A stretch of 63,637 nucleotides of DNA, the filler included, from Octopus bimaculoides (lineage: Eukaryota), in assembly GCF_001194135.2 (NCBI RefSeq). It is 7 parts of 6 records of this genome, joined end to end, with 100 filler letters (N's around TTAATTAATTAA, not from the genome) between each part and the next. Parts side by side here need not be neighbours in the genome. Positions count along the whole stretch, not along the records: positions 30,565 to 56,645 come from NC_068983.1; 6 more parts are not named here. One strand, given 5' to 3'. The notes beneath the pieces were generated by a model. The model did no database searches. It was not told where the DNA came from and was given only the letters and a program-made list of their open reading frames with translations. Position 1 is the stretch's first letter, and each line of letters begins with the position of its first letter. The translations under genes and the position numbers were made by a program. Below, piece by piece: positions 38,271-51,016 of the stretch.

Positions 38271-38673
38271 TGTTACTACAGATGACACCATGACACGAGT
38301 TGCTTCAAATCCTTCACACACAAATTATCTGGGTTTTTGTTGAAATTATTGAGACGTTTCTCATTGGCGGTATTTGGTAAGTAGATAAATACTTTTAAAT
38401 TGATAAAATATGTGATTACTCTCATTTTCTTAACTTGCTTGATAATTATCTCATGATAGTTTGTGAGTGCAATTTGCACTTGGCAACCGCAGCAATATCT
38501 TGTCATAATATTCAGTAAAAGCACCGTATGTTTTATTGTAGCGTTTATACCCTAAAATCTAATAAGATATAATCTCGTTAATGTCACAACTACCAGTGAT
38601 AACTATGTATACATGTATGTGTGTGTATGTATGTATGTATGGACGGATGGATGTATTTGTATGTGTGTGTATT

Positions 38674-38718
<45 letters not shown>

Positions 38719-39915
38719 GTGTGTGCGTGTATGCGAGTGTGTACCCAGAGAATATAGTAAATGGCAAGCAGTTTGCCAGCATCATCTCCGAATAACGTTG
38801 CACTGCATTCCTGGAGAAGTTTCCTTCCAGTAATTGAAAGTGTGTAACGGCTTCTGTTGGAAATAGTTTACAGCTATCATCTTCCGTTCAACAGCACATT
38901 GGGATATGGTTTGCTTGTTTTGTTTGTTGACTGATTTTAGGAGCCGGGAAAGTGGAGGTTTGAAACGTTGATGTTTATTTGTTATGTTCATTACCGTCAT
39001 AATGAAAGAAAAAATGTCTTTAACCTGGGTTATAGCCTGAGGCGAGGTCTAGGCTTGCCAAGAGATATTTTTTCGACTAGCACACGCTAGATGGTGCTTG
39101 TTACATATGTTATTCTAAACACAAAACCTGTCATGTCTACCGGAGATGTAGGTTCGAATCACACTGGCAGCCTTTTTCTTTTTCTATCCAAAAATGTTTT
39201 TCAGTATTTACACGCCACTATTTATAGCTTTATATGCTTTGAGGTCCAGTTCCAAAACAATAATTATTTCCTGTTCTCTCGAAAATTTATAAAGTTTATT
39301 CTTATGATGTCAACAACACATACTTTACTCTAGTTATGAAACCTTACTTAGAGAAAATAAGAAATTCTAGCGTCCATGTATATTGAAGGACATAAGCAGC
39401 AAATGTTTAATCACGTACGGCATTGAAATCCCGTTTGTGTTCTCAGCTGGCGTGAGTTTACCTCCGGCAAAAGTGACATTCGCAACAAGATTTTCAAATT
39501 GCGATTTGAAATATGACATAAAACTAGAAATGTGTAAGAGGGGTTTTGTCATTTGAATCAACTCCACAATCAGTGAACTAGTATATGACTGACACCTATT
39601 TTTATTGACCATGGGGCAATGGTCATTATCAATGACATTTCTAGTGAAGTTTGAACTCCTAAAAAGTAATCAAGTAGCGAAACGCACACTTTAGTTCATC
39701 AGCAGCATCTTAGAATAATTTACTTCTAATTTTTGGAGAAAATAACAAAAATGTATTGCAAATATTTAAAATAATTCCCATTATGTTACAGGGGTATTTG
39801 AGGGTTTATTTTATTTTATGTTTTAGCGAAATTGAGCTTGGGTGAAATTCGAACATAAAACATATAAGGAAACTTAACTTCACGCAGGAATGTTACTGAG
39901 ACTTGTATTTAATAT

Positions 39916-40305
39916 GTTGTTGTTGTTGGCACTCGGTCGCTTACGACGTCAAGGGTTCCAGTTGATCCGATCAACGGAACAGCCTGCTCGTGAAATTAAC
40001 GTGCAAGTGGCTGAGCACTCCACAGACACGTGTACCCTTAACGTAATTCTCGGGGATATTCAGCGTGACACAGTGTGACAAAGCTGGCCCATTGAAATAC
40101 AGGTACAGCAGAAACAGGAAGTAAGAGTGAGAGAAAGTTGTGGTGGAAGAGTACAGCAGGGTTCGCCACCATCCCCTGCCGGAGCCTCGTGGAGCTTTAG
40201 GTGTTTTAGATCAATAAACACTCACAACACTCGGTCTGGGAATCGAAACCGCGATCCTATGACCGTGAGTCCGCTGCCCTAACCACTGGGCCATTGCGCC
40301 TCCAC
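39916..40305 (-). mobile_element. Full-length SINE family A with 12-bp TSD
   Basis: TSD tgtatttaatat at 39904-39915 and 40306-40317; (CAA)n tail. Confidence 0.95.
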
Positions 40306-40746
40306 TGTATTTAATATAGGACAAAAATAAAAAGTTAATCACAGCGGGATTTTAACTCAGAGCTTAAATACTTCAAAGTATTTTGCTTGATGCTATATCG
40401 AATCTGTCATCGGTACATATACACTTGTTAAACATAGAAATAATTATTTATGTCACTGATACAAAAACCAGAAATCAAAAGTTATGGCCGATTAAATCAG
40501 TTTTAGTCTGTTACTTATCCTATTAACAATGGAATGATGAAAAGTAAAACCGACTTCGTTAAAATTCGATCTCAGATTGTAAATTGATACAACGAAGTCA
40601 TTTTCATTGATGAGCTACTGTATTTGGCAATCCATTGCTCTATTGACAACAGATATTGGCACAAAAGTAGATATTTGTAGAAAATACTCTACTCAATTGT
40701 TTTGACTCCAGTTTATATCTATACCCAGTTTATATCTATACTTGGT

Positions 40747-41117
40747 GTGGAGCCGCAATGGCCCAGTGGTTAGGACAGCGGACTCGCGGTCATAGGATCG
40801 CGGTTTCGATTCCCAGACCGTGAGTGTTTATTGAGCGAAAACACCTAAAGCTGCACGAGGCTACGGCAGGGGATGGTGGCGAACCCTGCTGTACTCTTTC
40901 ACCACAACTTTCTCTCACTCTTACTTCCTGTTTCTGTTGTGCCTGTAATTGAAAAGGTCAGCCTTGTCACGCTGAATATCTCCGAGAACTACGTTAAGGG
41001 TACACGTGTCTGTGGAGTACTCAGCCACTTGCACGTTAATGTCACGAGCAGGCTGTTCCGTTGATCGAATCAACTGGAACCCTCGACGTCGTAAGCGACG
41101 GAGTGCCAACAACATGC
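40747..41117 (+). mobile_element. SINE family A with 13-bp TSD
   Basis: TSD atctatacttggt at 40734-40746 and 41118-41130. Confidence 0.93.
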
Positions 41118-41605
41118 ATCTATACTTGGTACTTGCATTATCGCTACTGGAGAGATGGAAAGCTGCTAAGTTGGTGTAATTATTGGTGTGGTTTTTATTC
41201 TTCTCGTTTATCCCACCCCCAAGTGAATTCTGATCCAGCAGATATATGATCAATGGTGTTTAGCTATGACCATTCCGTCTCTTTTTCAGCTAGAGACACT
41301 TCCGTTGGTTCGGCAAAGTCGAAGTTTTTACAGGATTTAAGCACAAGTTGAAGCTCAGCTCTATCTTCCACTCCACTGAGAACAAATCAAAATGAGAACA
41401 AAGAAAACTATACAAACCGTGAAAGGAGTCGGTGAAGGATATCATATCTGGAAATATTCGGGTAGACAGACAGTCGTAGAGAATCGTTTCTCTCGATAAT
41501 ATTTTAGAGATTATCGTTAATAAATTAATCAAATCTTCCATATTTTGCTGCCTGAACAATTTTTGTATCGAGAACACTCAAATCAACAAAATCTAAAGTC
41601 ATTAT

Positions 41606-41673
<68 letters not shown>

Positions 41674-41721
41674 TGACGATGATGATGATGATCGTGGTGA
41701 TGATGATGATGATGATGATGA

Positions 41722-41890
41722 TTCAGTAGTCTTACTTTTATTGCGCGCTTTCACTGCGCTACCGAGCGTATCTCTGTGTAACTAGGGTATGTGCAATGTC
41801 CTTGGTTTGGTTTTGTTAATTTTACTGTATTGAAAGTCTTACGTAATATGCGTGTGTGTGTGTGGGACCTGGCAGTGCTATTTTCTGTGA
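41722..41890 (-). mobile_element. 3' end of an RLE-type LINE, same family as 56416-56645
   Basis: Minus strand QKIALPGP[(CA)n insertion]RILRKT..., then a 3' UTR ending agactactgaa followed by (CAT)n. Confidence 0.7.
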
Positions 41891-42242
41891 TGCAAATTGT
41901 TAAATCTTGATATTTTTGTTTATGCATTTATCTGAATCTTTATTTATCATTCCTATTGAACCTAAGGCACTGAACCGGTTTCAGCCTCCGCATTTAGGTT
42001 TATCTCTATTTCCAGGCCTGTATTTTTGGATAATTTTGCCATGTTCTTTACATTATCAACCACTGAAACTAAATTGTCAGTTAGGAGGTACTTTTTTTCT
42101 TGATGGTCCTTGACAATAATATCTGATCTATTAGCAAGCCCCATCCATATATAGAAACGATGGTTATTTGAGGGTTGAGAGGGATTTTCCCTTCATTCAG
42201 TTAATCAGGTGTTATCTCTGGGTCCGTCTGATTCTTTTATCG

Positions 42243-42637
42243 TTTATCTTTTACTTGTTTCAGTCATTAGGCTGTGGTCATGTTGGGGAACCGCCTTGAG
42301 AAATTTGAGTCGAATGAATCGACCACAACACTTTTTTCTAAACCTGGCACTCATTCTATTAGTCTCTTTTGCCGAACTGTGAAGTTGTGGGCACGTAAAC
42401 GCACCAACATCGGTTGTCAAGTGGTGGTTGGAACACACACAGACACAAAGACACATGTAGATATATTTATATACGACGGGCTTCTTTCAGTTTCCGTCGA
42501 CTAAATCCACTCACAAGACGTTGGTCGGTTCGAGGCTATAGTATAAGACACTTGCCCAAGGTTCCACGCAGTGAGACTGAACCCGGAGTCATGTCATTGG
42601 GAAGCAAACTTCTTACCATACATCTACTCCTGCGCCT
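42243..42637 (-). mobile_element. SINE family D (tRNA head, CORE-like accttgggcaagtgtctt, internal microsatellite)
   Basis: Colinear with the copies at 48511-48915, 50580-51016 and 58846-59305. Confidence 0.88.
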
Positions 42638-42987
42638 CTCATTAAACTTTTTTGCTAGCCTCTCGTGATATGTTAAACATGTTAAACAGAAGTCAGGGAT
42701 CATGTCATGCCTGGTTACTTTCCCCTTCGTTTTTGCAATATAACTTACCTCTGTTGTTATTGACACACAGTTGTTGTGATGTTGTATTGGTTGTTTTCTC
42801 TAACCTTGTGTATGGTGATTCTTTGACTGCCAATTTTCCTTCCCAATATTCTTTTACTTCTCTTGTTGCTGGTGCTGCATTAACTTCTATTTATGAAATT
42901 CTTGATAGAATTGTTTGGGGCTGAAGTGTTACTATTAATGAATTGTAGGCACACGGTATTTCGTTATGCAACCATAATATACTAGTA

Positions 42988-43273
42988 CAGGGGTTTTCAA
43001 ACTGTGGTCCGCGGACCACAGGGGGTCCGCAAGGACAAGACAGGGGGTCAGTGGACAGCAAATATTTTTTATGGGCAATTTGATTTTATATATGTTTTTT
43101 AATCGAAATATTTTAATTGACAATAAACCTATTTGTTAAATACTGTTAAATAAATAAATGTAAAAATATATGTTATTTTAAGCAAATATTTATGTATAAA
43201 TTTCATAAGCGTTTATAAGGGTAAAGCCTGAAATATAAAGGGGTCCGCAGGTCAAAAAGTTTGAAAACCCCTG
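42988..43273. mobile_element. hAT (Charlie-like) MITE, 286 bp
   Basis: Perfect 16-bp TIRs caggggttttcaaact / agtttgaaaacccctg and a perfect 8-bp TSD TACTAGTA (42980-42987, 43274-43281). Confidence 0.96.
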
Positions 43274-44536
43274 TACTAGTATATTAAACATTTTTATAAG
43301 CCAGTACCATATTGTACTGTATTAGCAGTGTGCTTGACATCACTTGTTAAGGTTATCTCTATAGATATTCTATAGAAAGTATTGCCAGCACTGATTTTCG
43401 TTATGATCTTTCGTATTCGAGACATCAGACGTAAACAAACAATGAGATGAACCCATTGCTTAAATAGCCGCTAAATACAACGGTGTAACATTATTGGATA
43501 TACTCGAACGCATTGCTTAAATAGTCGACGTCTTGGATGCTAAATGTCGTAACAAAGATCAGTACTGGTTATAACTTCTATTGAATATCTGTAGAGATAA
43601 CCGTAACAAGTGGAACTGTTTGTTTTGTGCAAAATAATTATTTTGAACGGAAAGTGAAGTAATATGTTGAACGTCAAATTCGACAACTTACTTTTAGATA
43701 CAAAACATGCATGGTGTTATATAATCTTCAAGAGTATTGAGCTCTTTTTTTTCTACAGTTGGAACAGCAGGGTTGATTATTTAAATACCTGTGAGAAATA
43801 ATTTCCGTTTTCGCAGCTACCTCAAGTCTGTACTTCGATTGGTTCTATAATAGGATACTTGATATATCTACCGTTCATTTGGCATTATGAAACCTTTAGA
43901 AATGAAACTCTTCAGATTGCTTCTTTGTATATACTTTACTCAAAGTTTATCGCCATGAAGTCTAATCAGGGATAATCTTCCTTCCTGTTCTTCTACAGTT
44001 CTCTAGTCCAAACACTTGAACAAGGATACAAATCATACTTGGAGCACCATTGCTTTCAGAACTGCATTTGGGTTTGCTTAGAACATTTGAAACTAAACGC
44101 AGGAGAAACACAGCTTTTATAATTTATTTTTCTATCATCAGTCTCTTGTACTTTATTCTTGTTACACAGAAATAAAGGAATCTAACGTTGTTTGCTTAGA
44201 GGCCATATGATTGTTCGTGAAAAATGTTTGCTTTTGTTTTAGCAAGTAATCCACATATCATCGTTTATTACAGATGTCGTGTTAATTTGACTGAGTTAGG
44301 CAACAGGACTCATCCTGCAAACAAAGAAAAAAGTAACAAATTTCTCCATCTGCCCTATTATCTTTGCTATTTGTTTCTATAAAAATTTTCTCCGTCTGAT
44401 ATATCATCCAAGCTATTGGCATTCATAATAATCTCTTGTACAGCTTGCTTCGCATGTAAACCATTATCTCCTGCAAAATTATAAGATTTTCTACTTGTTA
44501 TCGATTACAAAAAATTTTAAAAATATATTCTGAAGT

Positions 44537-44859
44537 GGAGTGGAGGCGAAATGGCCCAGTGGTTAGGGCAGCAGACTCGCGGTCGGAGGATCGCGGTTTT
44601 GATTCCCAGACCAGGCGTTGTGTGTGTTTATTGAGCGAAAACACCTAAAAGCTCCTCGAGGCTCCGGCAGGGGGTGGTGGCGACCCCTGTTGTACTCTTT
44701 CGCTCCAACTTTCTCTCACGCTTTCTTCCTGTTTCTTGAGTAGCGCTGCGATGGACTGGCGTCCCGTCCAGCTGGGGGGAACACATAGGCCATAGAAACC
44801 TGGAAACCGGGCCCATGAGCATGACTAGGCTTTAAAAGGGCGTAAACATTTTTTTTTTA
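44537..44859 (+). mobile_element. Chimeric SINE: family A head and body with an unrelated 3' domain and T-rich end
   Basis: Matches family A up to ...tttcttcctgtttct, then gagtagcgctgcgatggactggcgtcccgtccag...aaacattttttttttaa. TSD attctgaagt at 44527-44536 and 44860-44869. Confidence 0.85.
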
Positions 44860-45614
44860 ATTCTGAAGTTGAAGTGTTGGGAATAAAAATTTTGCAAAAG
44901 CGATTGAAAGATTATGATATGAGGTACTGGAACAAATGTAGTCAATTCACAAGAATGCATGCCCCATGGCTTCTGCCAGGAAACCCATCGCCCAATGGAA
45001 ATGAGTTTTAAATATGTAGAAAGTTAAAGACTATTGAATATTAACATAAATTATTATTGTATTTATAGGTATAAACAAATTATGTCTAAGGAATGGTATG
45101 TTTTCGAGGTGCCAGAGCAATACTACTCTGATTTATGGCAGCACAACAACAACGGCTACTTCACTATGCATGGTGTCACATATCTCGTATTCCTTTTCAT
45201 ACGTTTTACCACTTGCATCAATACAAAAAGAAAAAGACAATATCAGTATTTATAAAGATTAATGGAAGGGAAGAGATAAGGAGAGTTAGATGCAAGAAAC
45301 TAGTATAGTCTGTACACCACCTCGATGTTTTTGTTTGGTCCTAAATAATCCCTGATCGAACAAGAATATGAGCTAAGACATTCCTATTGTAAAGATCTCT
45401 TAATTCGAAAATAAATCAGGATTGCAGACCCCAAGGTACCTTTTTTGTTTTTGAAAGACACGTAGGTAAAATTTGTGATGGATTTTACTGCTATTTCTAC
45501 TTGCCCGAGCGACTGCATAAACCTCTCTCGTTCTTTCGTAGATTAGTAAGGTCGATGCTGTTAGTACTCAATTTGAACTTCGATAGACTGATGTTTGTAG
45601 CAGAAAACACGGAG

Positions 45615-45674
<60 letters not shown>

Positions 45675-46627
45675 NNNNNNNNNNNNNNNNNNNNNNNNNN
45701 NNNNNNNNNNNNNNNNNNNNNNNNNNNNNNNNNNNNNNNNNNNNNNNNNNNNNNNNNNNNNNNNNNNNNNNNNNNNNNNNNNNNNNNNNNNNNNNNNNNN
45801 NNNNNNNNNNNNNNNNNNNNNNNNNNNNNNNNNNNNNNNNNNNNNNNNNNNNNNNNNNNNNNNNNNNNNNNNNNNNNNNNNNNNNNNNNNNNNNNNNNNN
45901 NNNNNNNNNNNNNNNNNNNNNNNNNNNNNNNNNNNNNNNNNNNNNNNNNNNNNNNNNNNNNNNNNNNNNNNNNNNNNNNNNNNNNNNNNNNNNNNNNNNN
46001 NNNNNNNNNNNNNNNNNNNNNNNNNNNNNNNNNNNNNNNNNNNNNNNNNNNNNNNNNNNNNNNNNNNNNNNNNNNNNNNNNNNNNNNNNNNNNNNNNNNN
46101 NNNNNNNNNNNNNNNNNNNNNNNNNNNNNNNNNNNNNNNNNNNNNNNNNNNNNNNNNNNNNNNNNNNNNNNNNNNNNNNNNNNNNNNNNNNNNNNNNNNN
46201 NNNNNNNNNNNNNNNNNNNNNNNNNNNNNNNNNNNNNNNNNNNNNNNNNNNNNNNNNNNNNNNNNNNNNNNNNNNNNNNNNNNNNNNNNNNNNNNNNNNN
46301 NNNNNNNNNNNNNNNNNNNNNNNNNNNNNNNNNNNNNNNNNNNNNNNNNNNNNNNNNNNNNNNNNNNNNNNNNNNNNNNNNNNNNNNNNNNNNNNNNNNN
46401 NNNNNNNNNNNNNNNNNNNNNNNNNNNNNNNNNNNNNNNNNNNNNNNNNNNNNNNNNNNNNNNNNNNNNNNNNNNNNNNNNNNNNNNNNNNNNNNNNNNN
46501 NNNNNNNNNNNNNNNNNNNNNNNNNNNNNNNNNNNNNNNNNNNNNNNNNNNNNNNNNNNNNNNNNNNNNNNNNNNNNNNNNNNNNNNNNNNNNNNNNNNN
46601 NNNNNNNNNNNNNNNNNNNNNNNNNNN

Positions 46628-46680
<53 letters not shown>

Positions 46681-47319
46681 ACCTCTTCATCATCATCATC
46701 ATCAGCATTATTATTATTATTATTATTATTACCTTTATTACTTTTTTCTTTGGCATTGATTTAATAAAAAAAGGGAGAGGATTCTTCACCCTATCTCCAA
46801 GAAACAAATGCACCGAGGGATAATTCTTTAAAAATTTACTCGAAAAGGTTCCATTTTTAAGTGGTTAACGTTTAACCCCGATTCTTTTGCATTGCTATTG
46901 GTAAGCGAGGGTTAATGCCTGAAATCTAAAGTTAGGATTGGAAACATATTTAAAGCAATCAATATGAAGCTCACATTATTGGATTATGTTTTAAGTGGTC
47001 ACATGTGAGGGATTAGTCGTTCATAACAATTATAATGCTAATATTAATAATAATCACCGCTTTCATCATCACCGTCATTGATAATTCATCATCGTCATCA
47101 TCACCACCGCCATCATCATCATCATCATCACCACCAACGCCACCAACGTCACCACCACCACCACCACCACCACCACCACCACCACCACCNNNNNNNNNNC
47201 AGTAAAGTACAGCCGTCATTGGAAGCATGTACAGCGCTTTCACTGATTGCTTTAAGTGCAAGTGTAGTCGCGTGAAGACATGGACAACCTCTCGGTCCTA
47301 CTTCTTGGACCCCGAAGAA

Positions 47320-47510
47320 ATTTCATGTCTTGATTTCTTGTGGGAAAGAGGGCTGTATGAGCAAATACTTGGTGCCTATTTACGGCTAAGTAAGCTGGAG
47401 AAGCGTAAAATGAGATGCCCTATTCGAGGACACAATACGCTGTTCGCTCTAAGAATTGAACCTGCGACCTTATGATCATGATCCGAACACTGTAATCACT
47501 GGGCTACGCG
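47320..47510 (-). mobile_element. Old tRNA-head SINE (B-like); second truncated copy at ~47960-48075
   Basis: Minus strand gcgcgtagcccagtgatta...aggttcaattc...gtattgtgtcctcgaatagggca; about 100 bp is shared with 47984-48075. Confidence 0.65.
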
Positions 47511-48169
47511 CTGTACTTTCACTTTAAACGGTATAGAGGAACATTATAAAATTTCACCTATCATCCTCTGTATGCAACTTCCTAGCTTAAATGCATAAAG
47601 TGCAATATATGAACACGTATAAAAAAGGCACTAGAGGCAGCTTGAGATAATTGTGCGAATGTCATCTGAAACGACTACAAATATGATATCCTTGGGGATA
47701 TTTTAGACAAAGAAGTTCATTGCTAAACACTAATTTAGATTCTAATAAGGATTACTCTCAGTTTCTTTATATATTAATTACTCGACTGGATACGTTACTC
47801 GGTGATCAAGGAATCTCTCCAGGTCGAGCCGCTACTTCACCTTTGTCTATTCCTATGTTTGTTTTATTCTGACGTTTCAGCTTGGAAAATTCGTCTTGTG
47901 ATTCTTCCCTGCGATATTTTAAATCCCATGCCTATAGTAATGACTCTAACGAACATCCATGTTTTTGATTTCTAGAAGGAAAAATGAGCAAATGCTTGGT
48001 ACCTATTTACAGCTAAGTAAACTGGAGAAATGTAAAATGTGATGCCTTACACGGGGACATAACACCCCGTTCGGTTCACTACAGACGTGGGAGTAAAATA
48101 TCGCAGGAAAGAATCAAAAGACAGATTCTCCAAGCCGAAACGTAGGAATAGATCAAGATTGAGATGGTT

Positions 48170-48320
48170 AGATAATATCGGTAGTCGCAGTTGGTTACGC
48201 TTGAGATTCCAGCCGAAAAGTCTAATGATGTTTTTGATTGGCCCTATGGAACAGGTGCCTGAGGACTCTACTCCAACGACCCTCTCAAGAATAGAGAGCT
48301 GGGAAAATGGACGGATTGAT
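48170..48320 (+). mobile_element. 3' UTR relic of the RLE-LINE family at 56050-56353
   Basis: gttggttacgcttgagattccagccgaaaagtctaatgatg...ggtgcctgaggactctactccaacgaccctc aligns with the minus strand of 56070-56215 (gttggtcgcgcttggtaatccagccggaatgtctattgatg...ggtgcctcaggactctaccaccacgaccctc). Confidence 0.7.
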
Positions 48321-48510
48321 GTATTAGACCTAATATATCAGGTCAGACTTTTTCTAATAATATAGTCCTAATGTCCAGTGTCTAAAGAATCCCTTCGCTT
48401 ACAGATCATTACATTATTGAACTGCTACTCTAGAGGGAAATTTCGCAATCTCAATCGATTATATTAAAGCTAACTTGGAGGCAATTGAAACAAAATTACG
48501 AGAAAGTGAT

Positions 48511-48704
48511 TTATCTTTTATCTTTTACTTGTTTCAGTCATTAAACTGCGGCCATGTTGGGGTACTGCCTTGAAGAATTTATAGTCAAATGTATCGACCC
48601 CATTACTTTTTTTAAGCCTGGTACTTATTCTATCAATATCTTTTGCCGAACCACTAAGTTACGGGGACATAAACACACCGATTGTCAAGAGGTGGAGGGT
48701 GGGG

Positions 48705-48736
<32 letters not shown>

Positions 48737-48915
48737 CAGACACACACACACATATATATATATGACGAGCTTCTTTCAGTTTCCGTCTACCAAATCCACT
48801 CACAAGGCTTTGGTCGGCCTGAGGCTATAATAGAAGAAACTTGCTCAAGGTGTCACGCAGTGGATCTGAACCTGGAATCATGTGGTTGGGAAGCAAGCTT
48901 CTTACCACACAGTCA
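48511..48915 (-). mobile_element. SINE family D
   Basis: Colinear with the other D copies; internal (CAGA)n/(CA)n/(TA)n. Confidence 0.88.
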
Positions 48916-49626
48916 CCACCACTACCACCGTCATCAAATCATCATTATCGTCATCGTTATTATCATCATCATCTGGCCTGGTCAAATAATTTCAGACAAT
49001 TTAGCCTGGAGAGCAAATACAATGTGATTTCGGAAATATTGAAGCCTATCAATTCTCATAAATCTGGAGAACATTTATACAAACCTGACCGGACTGTTCC
49101 CAGAGAGGCAAGTATTTACCGAGAAATTTGACAATATTGGTAAAGACTTCATATATACAGAGCTGGCGTGGTTGAAATGAAGAAGAGAAAAAGAAGAAAA
49201 AAGTAAAACATCGAAGTATCTGAAACGATTTAATTAAGAGAACCGATAAACGAAAAGTTGCACGGTGATCTAGGGAAGTCCAATTCAAAGTGTTTCTTTC
49301 ACTACGGATACAAGTATAGGTATAAAAAAAATATATATTTTATATATACACAATAAATAAATAAATAAAATTAAAATATTGGACCAGGTTCATAGTTCTG
49401 TGACTTGAAAGTTTGCTCTGCAACGACATGATTGGGAGTTTGGTCCACTTTGCGCAATACTTGAGCACTTATCTTCTACAAAAGCTGAGTTGACCAATGT
49501 CTTCAGAGAAAATTGACACACGGATATTATGCAAACGGTCACCGCGCACGCGTGTATGTGCGTGCGCGCACATACACACGCAGAAAGATATTGTTCGTCT
49601 TCTTTTAACTAAGTAATGATTGCTAA

Positions 49627-50021
49627 GGAGGCGCAATGGCCCAGTGGATAGGGCAGCGGACTCGCGGTCATAGGATCACGGTTTCGATTCCCAGACCGGG
49701 CGTTGTGAGTGTTTATTTAGCGAAAACATCTAAAGCTCCACGAGGCTCCGGCAGGGGATGGTGGCGAACTCTGCTGTACTCTTCCACCACAACTTACTCT
49801 CACTCTTTCTTCCTGTTTCTGTTGTACCTGTATTTCAAAAGGGCCAGCCTTGTCACACTGTGTCACGCTGAATCTCCCCGAGAACTACGTTAAGGGTACA
49901 CGTGTCTGTGGAGTGCTCAGTCACTTGCACGTTAATTTCACGAGCAGGCTGTTCCGTTGATAGGATCAACTGGAACCCTCGACGTCGTAAGCGACGGAGT
50001 GCCAACAACAACAACAACAAC
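49627..50021 (+). mobile_element. Full-length, young SINE family A
   Basis: A box TGGCCCAGTGG, B box GGTTTCGATTCCC, (CAA)n tail. Perfect 12-bp TSD aatgattgctaa at 49615-49626 and 50022-50033. Confidence 0.96.
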
Positions 50022-50089
50022 AATGATTGCTAACATTAGATACGAAACCACACATTTCGAATAAGGGTATAAAGGATTGATTAAAACGA

Positions 50090-50570
50090 GAAGAAAAAAA
50101 AATCTGTCAAACAAATATTTCGAAGTTTGACCGTATTCAGGATATGAGTGAAAACAACTTTTACTCTATGGACCCGAAACCTGGACTACGAAGAAGGGGC
50201 TTCAAGATCATTTTCAAGATCACAACAGGTTTCTCATGAGTGCTCAGTACATCTTCTCATGGCGTGAGCACAATTCCAAAGAAGAGATTTATGGACATAT
50301 TCTACCAATTTCTATTATTGTTGTTCAACGTAGGGCAGGCTTCGCTGGTCACTGTTATCATAATGAACACCACGTGTAATCAGCAGTTGAATTTTGGAAA
50401 CTTTCGCACCCGAATGGAGGGCGAAGACAACATTGATTTTATTAGCAAAGACACATAACATGAAATTGAAGACCAACCTAACAAATCTAATGAGAGACGG
50501 AAATTCCTGGTGCAACGTAGTGAGACGCATCTTGGTCGCGACCTCTCGACGACAAAGAAGCAAGTACGTA
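50090..50570 (+). mobile_element. 3' relic of an RTE/RTE-X-like LINE
   Basis: Translates LLYGPETWTTKK...LMSAQYIFSWREHNSKEEIYGHILPISIIVVQRRAGFAGHCY, the post-RT region typical of RTE-clade ORFs. Confidence 0.75.
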
Positions 50571-50579
50571 TATATTCTT

Positions 50580-51016
50580 TTATTCTTTTATTCTTTAACT
50601 TGTTTCAGTCGTTTGACTGCGGCCATGGTAGAGACGCGTCTTGAAGGGTCTTTACTCGAACAAATCAACTTCAGGATTTTTTTTCTTGGGCGTAGTACTT
50701 ATTTTATCGAGATGTTATGCCAAACCGCTAAGTTATTGAGACGTAAACATACCAACACCGGTTGTCAAGCGGTGATAGAGGACAAACACAGACACAAAGA
50801 CACGCATGCATACACAAACACACACACACACGCGCGTGCATACACACTGATACACGACGGTCTTCTTTCAGTTTCCGTCTACCAGATCTACTCACAAGAC
50901 TGGTCGGCCCGAGGCAATAGCAGAAGACACTTGCCCAAGGTGCCACGCTGTGGGATTGAACCCAAAACCATGTGGTTGGGAAGCAAGTTTCTTACCACAC
51001 AGCCACGCCTGCACCT
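50580..51016 (-). mobile_element. SINE family D
   Basis: Colinear with the other D copies; its 5' end is tandemly repeated (see findings). Confidence 0.88.

Noticed and set aside
38276-38524. Minus-strand ORF containing NKNPDNLC, reminiscent of a transposon zinc-finger start
   Set aside because: No further motif support; it lies just past the end of the plus-strand hAT relic and is probably its flank.
47357-48075. ~100-bp direct repeat at 627-bp spacing, initially LTR-like
   Set aside because: Both are copies of an old tRNA-head SINE on the minus strand; no TG...CA ends, PBS or TSD.
49627-49700. tRNA-like sequences with A and B boxes (many copies)
   Set aside because: They continue into SINE bodies with tails and TSDs and lack a complete acceptor stem; SINE heads, not tRNA genes.
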